From: Pseudovirgaria hyperparasitica
Taxonomy: Eukaryota
Reading direction: 5' to 3' (one strand)
DNA: 64,000 nt
NCBI GenBank assembly: GCA_010093815.1
Contig: ML996570.1
Of this stretch, positions 48,528-61,944 are shown piece by piece. The position numbers were made by a program, and so were the translations under genes. The stretch's first letter is position 1. Each line of letters starts with the position of its first letter. The notes beneath the pieces are model-generated. The model was not told where the DNA came from. It made no database searches and saw only the letters and a list, made by a program, of their open reading frames with translations.

Positions 48528-50244
48528 ATGGCGGGAGTTCCGTCAGGTCGAGCGTGTGAGGCTTGCCGCAAGCAGCGCCGCAAAGTGAGACTCACGAGCC
48601 TGCCTATCTAGACAGTGTCAATTTTCAGGCCTGACATACGTTCAGTGCGATCAGCAACAGCCGTCGTGCTCACGATGCAAACGATTGAAAATAACATGTG
48701 TAGGTGCTGGGGTGAGACGATATCTCTTCAAATCCTACGATGCCTCGAATGAGGCTTGTAAAGCATCGAAACAAGAACACACATCACCAGAACGTCGAGA
48801 CAGGTTGCGTATTGCCCCATCGCCAGGAAATCACAGATCAATGGTTGTGGCAGCCTTCGTTCGCGGTCTTCAAGTTGTCGACCTAAGATTTGATCTTTCC
48901 TGGGCACATGGCCCATTCTTGCATGATGTGCCGAAACGCTTGGGACAGAGTAGAGTCCTTGACACAGCAGCTATGGCCCTCATCGCCAACTTTTCGAACT
49001 CCTCTCCTATTCAGGCGAAACAATGCCCGCGAGCAACGTACATATTCGACCGAGCCGTCAAAGCTCTTCGCTTGGGTCTGAGCAACCAAAGAGAGGCTCG
49101 ATCTATAAACACTCTTTGCGCTATCTATCTACTCTGTATAGTCCAGGTGTGTAAACCACTCTCCAGTTTTTAGCATGAGGTTGCAAAACGAGACTGAGCG
49201 TCAGTAGAACTGGATCGGTCTTTCCGATGAAGCGGGTTTCCAAGGTCATGGAGAAGGTGTAGCGCAGATTCTGAACTCTGGCATCGACTATAACCCCATG
49301 GATGATTTTGAACGAAACATCATTGCAACACTATGCAGCGCAGTGGTAAGTTCCCTCTTCATTTGAAGTATTGTCTTGCATACACTGAATGTTGCCTCTG
49401 TTGGTAGATCCTGGAGAGGTTCAGGAACCCTAAGATTCGGATTGTGACATCAAGTCACCCCTGGATTTCCTGGAATAAGTCTATTGGCCTTCAATGTTGT
49501 CAAGATGACTCTTCCCCTCCGGCAGTATCCGAAGACGAGAGACATGGTACACCTCAAGAGTTGCTTCGTCTTCTCACGAAGGCTCCCGACTTCTTTTGGG
49601 CGGATGGACTACGAAAAGATGCGCGAACATTCTATGAAGACATCCTTTTGGTTATCAAGAAGTTTCGTCAATGCATCGACGAAAACATACCAGTTCCACC
49701 GTTACGATCAGATGGGAAAGAGACAAAATTCTTTAAGATAGAGGAGCTGTCTGATGCGGCAAGAATTGAATGCCATAACAAAAGGCGATACAGCTTCGCT
49801 CTAGGCTTGGGATTGATGTTTAATGCTTATCTACGAACCAACAAGATGCAGGACACCACACTCACAGCCCAAGCGAGATACTTCACAATGGAGCTGCTTA
49901 ACATCGCTGAACGAGCCGCCCAGTACCGGCCATTAGGAGCTGGATATATGATAACCCACTTGCTAGCTGCATGGACAGTGGAGACAGACTACGTTCTCAA
50001 GCTTGACATCGAAAGGATTCTAGCACTATATCGAGTCAATCTTGCGCAACGTCATTTCAGGAATGTTAGCCTCGAGGTCGAACAAGATTCATGGACGAGG
50101 CTACGTAGCCTGTCCTCCGCGGACGCTATGTTCACACCCCTGGGCGTGGACATCCTAACGTTCGGCCGACCTCCTGGTGGCACTAAAACGGTGGCATTGC
50201 TAAATCGCTTTTCCCCTCTACCTGCTATGATCGCCTCCGTGTAA
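48528..50244 (+). CDS. Zn(II)2Cys6 transcription factor
   Basis: The zinc cluster CEACRKQRRK|CDQQQPSCSRCKRLKITC is split by intron 48585-48645, so the ORF track misses it. Further introns 49147-49207 and 49346-49407 keep frame. C-terminal YRPLGA block. Confidence 0.9.
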
Positions 50245-53200
50245 CAGTTCCATTATAATTCCATGCTAGTTGGAGAGCATGGATATTAACTGCAGACGAT
50301 TGGCTTGAATCTGTTATCGTGCAGGATCCTCAGCCAAAATTTACGACACAGTGTAGGTGTTTATGCATCTTGGTCCGTCTGCGTCAACCACAATTCTAAT
50401 ACTGTCGTGTGAAAAATCTATGACCACATGGCGATATTGGCTGTCAACCATGGTTCAACGGCTCCTGCGAGGCAGACACGAGAGTCTGCTCATTGGAACG
50501 TGTGGACTTCCCCAATTGGCTAGATCGCAGACGTTCTCAAGTATAAGACCAAGATGGACACGGCAGGATTCACTGTGGAGGCGCTATAGTCATCACTAAA
50601 AGGGACAGATGGATGGTACTTGAATGATCACATTAACTCTCGGACCTAGCTTACTTGTCTTGACCCTTAAAAAATTTGTTCAAATAGTATCTTGGTGAAA
50701 AAAAGGATAGGCATAGTGACGAGAGCTTTGAAGACCCGGGCCTACATAATGTCCTCTAGGGCCAAAAGCACAGGTGACTCTAGTTAACTGAACTACGTAA
50801 GTACATTTTGAACTAAAGTGTACAATCATTCGCCCTAGAGTAAATAAGTCTTACTCGTGGGGGCGAACTTTCGCCTATGATAGGCATAAAGGACTCTATC
50901 CGGCCCTATTAAACGAACCGTCCACTCCGCGCGTTCAAGCAGTACCGACACAGCGGCTTTGGCCTGACGCACTAACCTCAATAGACAGAAACCTACGAGC
51001 TCTTCGCTGTTCGGGAGTGACCGCCCCTAGTATTAATACGGGAGTTTCGTCGGGACACGCATGCGTTCCATATCTAAATAGCAGCAACTGCGTAGCAAAC
51101 GCATGCGCTACAGAATGAGCAGAGGCATTGGCGCGGCCGACACGCGATACCCTCGCCTCGAGCTCCAGTCTCACCACCATCAATGGTCTACAATATTTGT
51201 CAATGGTGCACCGGAAATCCCGATGATTGCTCAAAAGACCTCATGCGTTGAAGGCTCGTATATACTGGTTGGGTTAGATACATTAAGTATCTGCATTCAT
51301 AAGAGCATCCGTCGCGTGCGGTAGGATCTTTAGAAACAGCATGGCGGGACGCATCCGAGGCCGAATCACAACAGTTGATAGCATCAATAAGCTATGCCAA
51401 GGAGATTTAAGCCTTGCACTGCGTTGGCCCTATACGTCGTTCGTCACGGCCCCAAGTTTGGGTTCACTATACCTACGAAGCAGGCGGAGGGATGATGCAA
51501 ACAGCCGCCGCCAGGGTTCTGTTAGCTGTAACACTGATTCTCACATCAATGTAATGATCACTATTATATCTAGGGGTGTTGTGGAAGTGACTTGTAAGCG
51601 CTCGGGGCCGACGCGGTTTGATTCTAGAGAATGTGCGCACCCAAAGGTGCAGGCTGAGGCTACCTGCTACCCTAGCCAGCCTGCTTGGAGGTCATGAGGC
51701 AGCCTTTGAGATGGCAAGACCCGAAATGGTGTTTGGGCCTGCAAAACTTCGATGGTGGCAGTGGCCATGAAGGAGGCATGTCAACTTTTGATCATTTGCT
51801 CGGATTATTATACCATTGACGTACCTCTAATCTCGTTTGGCACTCAAATTCAGGCTCGGCTCATCTTTTGTTCAACATTTTTGGCCGGAAAGATAGTTGC
51901 TCAAAGATGAGAGAGAAGTTTCAGTACCACAAGTACATTTACAAGAGGCAGGCGTGTATTGAGCCCGCAGAATTAAGAGTCTCAACATGCCATGGATACA
52001 TGGATTTCTGGAAGAACCAACATGCAAAAGGTCGAGTAGGTAAAATGAATGATTTCAACTTGAAACCATTCGGACCCTGGCAACAGCCTCAACACTCATT
52101 CACTAAAATTGACACAAACTATGGTCCTGAGACATCGCAGCTCTGGGACGACCAGGAGACCAAGAGTCGCCAACCCTACGCAAGGAATCAAGCGCTTTGA
52201 CTCCAAAGCTCAAGCGTAATGAGTACAACGGTACACTTGATGGACTGCAAACAGCATCAAAGCCATAGCTGAGACATTGACAGTGCGTCCATTAGCCCAA
52301 TCAAATACTCATCGAGCGCCTTATAGGCACGGTTCAACAGTTCAGCCGTTCGGCAGGCGTGCAGGGCCATAAACCCTATGCAAGTGCCCACAACCATCCC
52401 ACGTACGACCGATCGGGATCTTGCAAGACGAATTTCCTAATTAGGCGATTTGGCAAACGACAGCTCTCTGGCGCCAGTGTGGCTTCCCCTACGACCCTCC
52501 CAGTCTGCAACTTGATGACATATGCACGCTTCATGTCCCATACATTTCGCGAGGCTCGGGCCGCTGATGGGGTGTTTTCATCCGAGGGCGCTATAGTCCG
52601 AACTTGTGTGCCGTTACGCACGTTAGAAAGGCTGGGGCAAGATCCGTGGCGTTGACGTGAGATCGACTTTCTGCAGATAAGAAGTAGCGAAGGTACAGCC
52701 CTACCACGCTTCTGAGGCTCCTTTGAAACAGAGCGTAATATTCCCCACAGGTGCAAACGGTTCCCAAGGTTCAAGAATCTTATAGCTGGAAGATAGGCTG
52801 TCAATCTTGTGGGATCACGACGATCATATGACAGCACCGTTCTTGCTCCGGGATATAGGATGATAGACAGGCAAAGGAATACATCCATCAGTTTCGCTGT
52901 GGCGCGTGTGCTCTCCCGCCTCCCGCCTCCTGTCCTCCCACCTACATCTAAATACGTTCTACAAGATCCATCACCCTCGAAAGGTAAATTCAGACCATCA
53001 AATTACCATGGCCCGGGCATAACTTCACAGACTGCTAAGAGTAGGCGCATTAGCACGCGCGAACTCCAACGGTGCTCCCGCATTAACGCAGGTTCGTTCG
53101 GCGTCTGTAACAAACACAACAGCCTGACCCATCTTTCGCCAAACAACCATCTTGGGACTAGCGTACATGACGTACATGATGTGTTGGATTCTCCAGTTGT

Positions 53201-53577
53201 AGCGCATTTGATTCGTTGTGTCTGGAGTGGAATGATGGATCTCAATTGTATATTAGTATATCGAAGACAAAGGCGCAGGGAGACATGTTGCATAGGAGAT
53301 GGTATAATATAAGATTGATGACCCATATCAGTGACGTTTTTGCCTTTCTCAGAAATCATGGCGCAGCGACTGTGTTGGGTAAGATCGACGACAAAGAATT
53401 GTGGCAACAATGCAGCCTACCAATTCCTCCGCCGGGTCGCCAATATGAACATGACCACCATTCTACCTATGTGGTAGATTGGAGTCGAACAAAAGCTTTG
53501 CATTACATATAGTCATAAACAATCTTTGGCTACGATCACGACGGTATTTGACCGAGAATTTAAGTGAACCACGTAAC

Positions 53578-56494
53578 TCACTTCCCATCAAGGACCACAT
53601 GACCAGGGCTCGGTGGCACTGGACCTTTGCAAAACTGTTAGTCATTGTCAGTCGGACGTTAGTTTTTGGCTCACCCGTCTCCCACACGATCGGTTCACTG
53701 CCCAGTTCAAAATGAATTTCACCTCCCTCTGTCATGATACCCAAATCCTCGTGTTCGAACCAATTTTTGTCCCATATCTGTCCATTGATACTCACGCTCT
53801 GGACATAAAAACCTTTGCGACTATTTGCATCATCTAAATTCGAAGCTGTGATCCGCAAATTCTTGTCGTGGTTGATTGTTATATTAATGTCGTCAAACCA
53901 AGGGCTTTCGATCAAGTATACTGGGGTTGTCACGATGGGGTACAAACCGAGCATTTGCCATAGTAGCCAGCAGTTCAGAGCCCCAGCGTCAGAATTTCCA
54001 GGGATGCCGTTAGTGGCGTTGAAGAAAAATTCGTAGCCGAGACTTCGGGACCGCTGAACGGACTTGTGCTGCTTGTTGATGTAGTTGTACAAATACGGAG
54101 TCGCGAAGTCAGGCTCGTTGCTATCATGTAATCAGTCGGAAAGTTATTACGAGGTGCACCAAGAGAGGCTCACGCAATGTTCATCAGAGTGGTGATGCCT
54201 AATCCGTTGACTCCTAGATCAGCACTGGTAGTGTTGGCTTGGAAGATGTAGTCTAATCGGGATTCAAAGAGAGTTTGACCACCCATGAAGCCAATCAATG
54301 TTTCCATATCGTGTGGAACGACGAACGAATACTCTATCTCAGTCAAGGAGATACTAGAAGTGATTTTTCAGACTCGAGACTCACCAAAAGGCGTGCCTTC
54401 ATAACAATAATCTGCCCAATTGCAGTCCCCACACTGATCAAGATCGTAATTGGAATCAAAGGTACCGTTCGCAAACCTTGGTGCCATGAAACCTGTAAAG
54501 TTACGGCTCTGTGCATCGTGGCTCCAACTTAGTTGCCATCCAGCACCTCTGTTGAGGTACTTTTCTTGCTCAGCCACCATTTCGCCTGAGGCAATCTGGC
54601 TGACTGCAAAGTCGTTGAGAGCATATTCCACAGTCTTAGAGATACACCGAGTGTTACGGTCAGCAGTGACATATCCGAGCGGAATCCAGTCGTCTAGAGC
54701 TCCTCGGCCTTCTTTCAAGGTACCTTGAGAGTCCACTGGGTTGTTGTCGTAGAATGGGTAGACTTCAGCATTAGTCCGGACTGCCATGTATCCGTCGGTC
54801 CAGTTGATGGCCCCACGGAGGCCTTTGACGTAGGCATCGGCAAGTACATTATCGGCATTTGAACCGCCCTGTACTAGACCGTTGTAATTGCCAGACCTTC
54901 CATCTGGCAGGAAGCCTTCGAATCTATCTGATTAGCCAAAATATCGGCATGAGCGTGCAGCATTTACCTCCACATGTCGATTACGGCTCTGATTAGGCTC
55001 TCGTAGTACCTCGGTTGTATAAGATGATAAAGACTAGCTTGGTTACGAAAAAGATCCCCTTACTGGGTTAGCAAGGACCCATAAAGTACTCATTTAACAC
55101 TTACACATTGTATAGATGTCGTCCCAGTAAGGCTCTGCAGACTCCCAGAGAGGATTTTCTCCAACGCGCTCTGAAGGTATCAGGTGCATAAAATAGAGGG
55201 ACGAATAAAGCAATGCAACACGAGTCATGTTGGCTCCCTCATTGATAGCAACTTTGATCTTACTGAAGACATCTCTATTCCACTCTTCACGGGCTGATAC
55301 AACAATATTCTGTAGATCCCAAGAAGGTATCTCTTGAGTTTTGTAGTTGCAAGCTTTGTCGATAGACATGAAAGATACTCCGACACGGGATTTAATTCGT
55401 GAAATTCCGGTCGTATTCCATGAAAACAGGGCACCAATGCGATCTCCAAGTGGTCCAGACCGGGCGACTTCTTGACCGAATGTAGGTTCAGGAATACTCG
55501 CATCCGCCGCCTGGAAACTGCGAAAGTAGCGACTGCTTGGGATCGTGTTGCGTCCAGAGAACGTTCTGGCCTGAGAAGGGGCTTGATCGAACTCGCCACA
55601 AAAATATATGGTGACTGGAGCGCCGATATTCCAGCCACCTGCGATGCTTGTCCACCCGGTATATACAAGGCCACCTGGTTGTATTTCTATTTCTCCTCCA
55701 ACGTACAGCTGAGCATCCCAAGCTCTATTTATACTTGGTAGAAACTGCTACCTGTTAGCTCTGAACAGCTAGTGTATGAGTGGTACACTGTACATGGGAA
55801 GCGTCTACGAGAATATGCTTTTCATCTGAAGGATATAGGTAGCTCATGATTCCAGCATGACGACTTGCTGATAGTTCGATAGTAACATTATTCTGAAGTT
55901 TGGTCTTGAAGTAGCCCACGCGAGCCATCTCTTCGGAATAGATCCTCTCCTGCATGTACGTATTGTTGTCCAGAATGTTGACTGGCGATGACACAGATAC
56001 CAAGGGCATCTGTGATGGATATCCATATCTACAAGTGTCAGTGTCCAAGAGCACTCTACTCGATGCGTTAATCTGACTTTGGCCCACCACCAGTACCTTA
56101 GCTTTCTATCAGTCTTTTTGCCATCGTATCTGGAAACATGTGACTACCTGACTCATGTAGCATAGAAATACCGGTAACCCTTCCTCGAGGGGTGTAGCCT
56201 CCATTTATGGTGGTCATGTTCAATGGCGTTTCAAGAGTATCGATGCCTAATTTGACCATACCAAATGGCATAGCGGCGCCGACAAAGATATCGCCTCCTC
56301 CATCTGGCAATATATCAGTGATCATACACCGCATACTAATTCCGTGGAACTCAACAGGCGAGCCCTGAGATGGCACCCTCTGAACCAATCAAAGGATTGA
56401 CGAATTGTGAATAATCCATGTAATCTTCTGGTGCTTGAAGTCCACCAACAAGCTTCAGGGCTACAAGCACAATCGCTCGCGCTTTGACCCCCAT
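53578..56494 (-). CDS. GH92 alpha-1,2-mannosidase (10 exons)
   Basis: Introns 56304-56355, 56097-56147, 56029-56077, 55745-55793, 55059-55104, 54924-54967, 54334-54384, 54121-54173 and 53625-53674. Motifs: VNPLIGS, PFGMVKLG, HESGTGGGPKYG, WDLFR, QGGSNAD, SKTVEYALNDF, NEPDF, PGNSDAGAL, WETGPVPPSPG. Confidence 0.93.
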
Positions 56495-56805
56495 GGCAAT
56501 GTTCCGGATGTAGGCTTTCGTTTTAGTGTTCCGTTGTAGCAATATATACACAATACCTTTCATGCGGCAAGAAACGGAAGCTTTCTCCTGGCGTATGGAT
56601 CAAGACCCCGCATTGCTCGTCTAGTGCACATGACGTCGGCTGGCATTTAGCAGTTTCTGTAAATCTAGGTAACAAGATCGGTATTTGACGATAACGAAGT
56701 GATCCGGGCGCGCCAATGATATGCGAAATGTCAGTAGAGATTCAGGAGCGTTTACTAAGGAATAACATAGGTAAGATAATTATAGCCTGAGGCATCAAAT
56801 TCTTC

Positions 56806-58910
56806 TCACACTACGACACGCATGAACCTATCGAAGTACATGCGTGCGCTCTCAACATCATCGACGTCAGCCACTACCCCGATATATCCATCTGGACGAA
56901 CGATAACCATGCGGCCCTTAAGACGATCGACTTCTAGCCTTTCATAAGCACGGCCATGCCCCTCGTGCGCGCTTTCCACATCTGCAAATACGCGCCAGTA
57001 GTCGTACCCATATTCCTCATTCCACGGTCGAAACACTTCTGGCAGACTGAGTAGCTCAACCTTGTCTCGGTCTGCACAGTGGATCAAAAGAACCTCTACC
57101 TGGGCTGGATCGCTACCTTTGATAAGATCCCCCAGTGGGTAAGAGTCGTCAGCCAGTTGTGTTCCAACCTTTCGCAAACGGTCAAAGAGCGGAGGCTGAG
57201 AGATATCTCCAGCGAATACCAAGATGCGAAACTGGCCAGACGCGTGCAGCCGCTGGTGTATGCGCGTTGTTGTACCATCAACTTGCAAGACCAATTGAAC
57301 GTCTGCGAGTCGTTTCCCTGGAACGAGATCTAGTTTCAAGAGACTAGGGCCGAGATCTCCCAAGCCACGTGGCATTTGAACGATATTGGATAGGGAATAT
57401 CTTATGGACATTCCAGTAGTGAACCGTGAAGCCTTGGCGAATTCATCGTCGAAAGAGTTCGATGACGCTGAGAATAATTTGAGATACCCACGATCGAACG
57501 CAATGAGGTCCTGAGCCACCGGGCGACGCTCTGATTCGTACGTGTCCAGGATGCACGGGTCAGCCTTACCCTCAAGAACTAATCTGAGCTTCCAGCCAAG
57601 ATTATTGACGTCCTGCACGCTTGTGTTCATACCCTGTCCTGCCTTAGGAGAGTGGGTATCTAGAAGGATTAGCCAATGTCGCAGCCACCTTTTCTATATT
57701 CATACGTACGGACTGCATCGCCCGCGAGAAATGCCCGAGAATCATGGGTTGTAAAATGATCACCCACACGCTGGCCCACACGATACGCCGACCACCAGGA
57801 ACAAGTGGCTATGTCGAGATTGTAGGGAGAAATAATCTTGCGCGCCGCCTCAAGGATGATGTCCAGGGTAATGTCTTTTGGGTCAGACAGCTCACTTCCA
57901 CTCTCCACCTATGAAAGGCTCAGCTAGCTGCGGGTGCGTAGGTCCTATAACATCGACTTACCGGTATATACATACGCACTTCCCGATTGGAGCGAGGTAC
58001 CAATAGTATGGTTCCATTCGAGGCTCGCAAATAACATACCTTTCGAATATCTGGAAAGTTCGTTTTTGGGATGAAGTCCATGACACCTAGATCGCATGAG
58101 GTCGAGATTCTATGAATCGGGGCACTCTCTTACCAAAGACAGAATCCGTCAGATCACCTTCGAGCTTCACATTAAGTGCTTTTCGCATCCAGCTGCGGGC
58201 GCCATCACAACCTACTACGTACTTTGCACGTATCGTGCCGACCTGGCGGAACTCATCGGTGACCTACATTGATCAATCTGTGAATAGAAGGGTACCAGAA
58301 AACTCACATTGATTTGATGATCCTCCGAGCCAATCTCCATCCTCGATAATTGTACCGAGACCGGATAGGCTTCTGAAGTCAGCATGTCCTTGCTATCGAT
58401 GTTGATGGAGCTCGGTCGGATATTCCTTAAAAGGGTCACATTTTTGCTCTGTAAGAGGTTGTGCGCCATATGGTGTTCACATCTAGACTGTTGCAACATG
58501 CACTCTCGCGGCTTCCCCAGCTCTTGAACTTTATCTTGCATCACTTGCTCTCTCCTAATTCCATGAACGCCTTCGCTGTGTCCCCATATTGCAATCTCTT
58601 CCAAACGATGCGCTTCGGCCCATATCTGCGAACCAATGCCAAAGCTTTCGAAAATCTCGACTGTAGTACTCTTGAGACCTTCTGCTTGTCCACAGAGAGT
58701 TGGGTGCGCTCGTTTATCCACCAAAAGTACTCGTATTTTACTTTTATGGAACCAGTTTGCCAACGCCAAACTGTCTAGAGCATTCAGTGAGGGTATTCTA
58801 CCCGTCAACACAATACTGGGTATGTCAAACAGGAAATTCATAGACTCTCACCCTGCTGGCCCGGCGCCCACTATAAGAACGTCCACAAAATTTGCACTCA
58901 GGCTCCCCAT
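56806..58910 (-). CDS. Phenol 2-monooxygenase-family (group A) FAD-dependent aromatic hydroxylase with C-terminal thioredoxin-like domain
   Basis: Introns 58771-58851, 58264-58307, 58087-58133, 57909-57961 and 57660-57709. Motifs: VDVLIVGAGPAG, KYVVGCDGARS, TNFPDIR, FLAGDAVHTHSPKAGQGMN, NLGWKL, TYESER, VRPDGYIG. Confidence 0.93.
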
Positions 58911-59288
58911 TTTCGAGACTGGGATACTGCCCACAGAATATCACCGTCGTAGAGACTCAAGGTCTGAAGAAGCAGATGCTTTGGTTGCGTTACAATAATT
59001 CCTAAATGGATCGAGTTACTCATTCGAGTTAGCTCGGAGACACAAGCTTGCGATATCGCTCCGTAGATACACATATCGACGACAGCACAGCAGGGGTCGG
59101 AATGTGCAGAAACGAGCCATAAATTGCATGGATTTTCGTTTCCAGCTTGATCTACATCACTAGCCTGAATCCTGGTGCGGTTTTTATTGAGAAACACCTT
59201 TACACCTACCGCTAGGTATTCTCACCATCTGGCCAATAATCCATCCAATCACGCCGAAGGTCAGGCTCCCGCCATCAACAGCCACCCA

Positions 59289-60510
59289 TCACTCGGCTGG
59301 CTGAAGCCAGTAAATACCTGCAACATTCATCAGCTATGCATTCCGTCGTTGGATGTTTAGACTTGCCATAACCAACATCAGGACTACTCCATATGTCGGC
59401 TAGTACGAGACCTTGCGGCGAGCACATTCGGTCAACGTCGCTTCTCGTCCATTTGCCGCTACTCAGAGTATGCAAACGCTCTCCTTCTTCAATTTTGACC
59501 ATCGTACCGTCGATGGTCGCGGTCAATGTCTTCCTGGCGGTAAGGTAGTTCTCATAGCGATGATTTCCGGGATTCCAGGCTGCTGCCCACTGCCAATTGT
59601 CGTCATGGAGAACGGCATCGGCTTCAGGCCCGAGTTGAAGTCTACCGGCTTTCAATGCATACCGAACCCACCGCCGTGTGGCACCTCCCGGGATATCATA
59701 CGCTTTATTTATTCGTGACACGTCCTGACATCCATCGATGCCAATGATGAATCCTTGGAGGCATTCAACCCCTTGAGCTTCACTGAAACGACCTAGTAGG
59801 TCACCAGCCTCGCCTTGCTCGAGGTTTGCAATACTATTGCCTAACCATGCGATCGTCTTCTTTCTCCCTCGTGCTTCCTCAGATGTCGCTAGCCATTTCG
59901 CAGCATCCTCATAGGTGCCTTGAAGGGCACAAAGGTTGATATTACGGAGCTTCAAGCTGTCTTGTAAAGACTTGAGAGCGTATTCGAGAGCTGTATGGTC
60001 GACATCGAGGGCGTAGTATGTCAAAGGTGTATCTAGTGCATCAAGATGGCGCAGTATGAGGCCAGTCTTCTCCATGTTGCCAGCCCCAAGCTCCAGAAGG
60101 ACATCGCTGCCTGTGCTCGCTATCTTCCGCGCAATATCGCCGACCTTCAGTTTCAAGAGCTCACTTTCAACCCTGTACGGGTAATAGTGCTTTGACCTTA
60201 CGATTTCATCGTACAGCTGCTGACCTTCATCTCCCCACAAGAGCAGAGACGGTAGGTACTTTTGGTTCCGTGGCTGTCTCAGACCCTCCAAAGTCTGTGT
60301 GCGCAGGTTGGTCAGTGGTGCGTCTTCTTGTCGAATATCGACGATTCGGTAGGTGCCTTCAATTGAAAGACTCCTCGAGTTGATAGAACTAGGAGATGAA
60401 GAGCAATCTTCATATCGATATTCGTGCTTCAGACTCTGTCGCCCTCGATTATCAGTAATGAAAACATTGCTGAAATTAGCCTTGCTAGACGGGTCCTTCT
60501 CTGATAACAT
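59289..60510 (-). CDS. Stand-alone EgtD/EasF-family (Methyltransf_33) SAM-dependent aromatic amino acid N-methyltransferase
   Basis: IVDIR, KYLPSLLLW, YYPYRVE, SAM motif LLELGAGNMEKT, YYALDV, GTYED, WLGNSIAN, IIGIDG, EEGERLHTLSSGKW. GC-AG intron 59318-59366 gives the C-terminus DVGYGIYWLQPAE*. Confidence 0.9.
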
Positions 60511-61944
60511 GATCGCGATGTTATACTGTAGGTGAAGAAAGGTTGTGGTTTATACAAGAATGGCATGTCAAGTCAAAAAGATATACAGACTTTAATACTA
60601 ATGTTACCAGCTATAATCTCATCTCGACATCCCGGAACACAAATCACTTTTCGTTGCGTTCTGACGGACTTAACGAGCCGTTTGTCCAATGCAAGCTGCA
60701 CAGCAGCGATCGTGTCTGCGACCTTTGAATCCATTCGGCTAATGTAGAACTCCTTAGCCATCCTTGTGTCGGTCTCTTCAAACAGCGCAGGGTACAGCTC
60801 CTAGTGAGATTCGGACCTAATATGCGGCTCAACAAAGCGCCATCAGAGCAGTATCTGGCATTAATACCATATAGTTCTCTAAATGGTACTTTAGTAAGCA
60901 GTTATGAATTATTTATGAAGAGGTCTCAGTATCAACAAGCACTGATTTAGCATAGAATATACTGTGTTCACTATGTCACTTTCGCAATTTTCCACATTAT
61001 TTCCATATTACGCAAACAGTATTACAGAAGGAAGAGTATCGCATCTTCTATGCTGATCTCACTCAGTCCCCATTCCTACTCTTATGAAAGATGTATTAGG
61101 TTTGCGATTAAGAACCACTCGTTAGGTCACGTGAGAAGGTTACTTATTCGTGCCCTTTTCTCAGTATGTATGACTGATGTCATGTAGGAATAGTGATTCT
61201 CCTATCAATTACTGATAACCAAGTACCGAGCCCTACTAATCCCAACTCGTCTATCATCGATCGAGGATAACAAGGACGAAAGGTGCCTATAACGGTCATC
61301 ATGATGCGCACTAGCGGCGGGTGCTGGTAATATGTTATCTCGGTCCAAGCTTTGTCACCGTGCGCACGCTCCACTTGCATGAGCCCATTCGAGCGACAGA
61401 AAGCATAATCTGCCGTATCACTCATGACGTGTTCTAATTACCATTTCTGGAGATATCTCTTCCAAGGCCAGACTAAAGTAACCGACTTACCTAAACTGCG
61501 TATTGCCCTAACGCAAGGTGACTGAGCACGCAACTGTGTTGAAAAGCTGATAGGTACCGACACACACGGCTACATATACACTAGCGGCAGACCGCAGCTG
61601 AGGCTCGGGCCATTCTTTGGACAGCTCATCCGGTGGCTGGCTGAGCTGACAAGGCGCGGCAAGAGGTGGGGATCGCGTTTAGAGCCGTGTAGGCTTTTAG
61701 GAACGGCAGGGATCAGCCGATCGGAGTTTGCTGTAAGATCAGATCCACAACTCCTTGTCGGAGAGATTAGCGATAATCGTACACCCGGGCTTGAGAGTCA
61801 ACATTGGCCGACGTCAATACTTTTACTGTCTCCCTCAAACTTTACATATGTTCGCGTTCACATTCTCGGGCTAGTGTCTACCGTGAAGTCACAAGCAACA
61901 AGGTTGCTACGGACCGCCGCCTGGAGATCCCTGTGAGCTGCACT

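Noticed and set aside
50245..53577. Gene or transposon relic between the Zn2Cys6 and GH92 genes, including a 10-bp inverted repeat at 51058-51107
   Set aside because: ORFs of 100-170 aa show no recognisable motif, and I found no transposase/RT signature, TIR pair or TSD. A translated search would be needed.
56806..60510. Methyltransferase-monooxygenase fusion gene
   Set aside because: The spliced methyltransferase ends at a TGA (59289-59291), and the monooxygenase has its own ATG at 58910 directly before its FAD motif. These are two genes.
59289..60510. Ergothioneine (egt1) or ergot alkaloid (easF) gene call
   Set aside because: No EgtB/FGE-sulfatase domain and no dmaW/eas neighbours in the window; only a family-level call is supported.
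59034..61763. Shared TCGGAG motif (59034, 61721, 61758) as a cluster-specific Zn2Cys6 site
   Set aside because: A 6-mer at this frequency cannot be separated from chance without the rest of the cluster.
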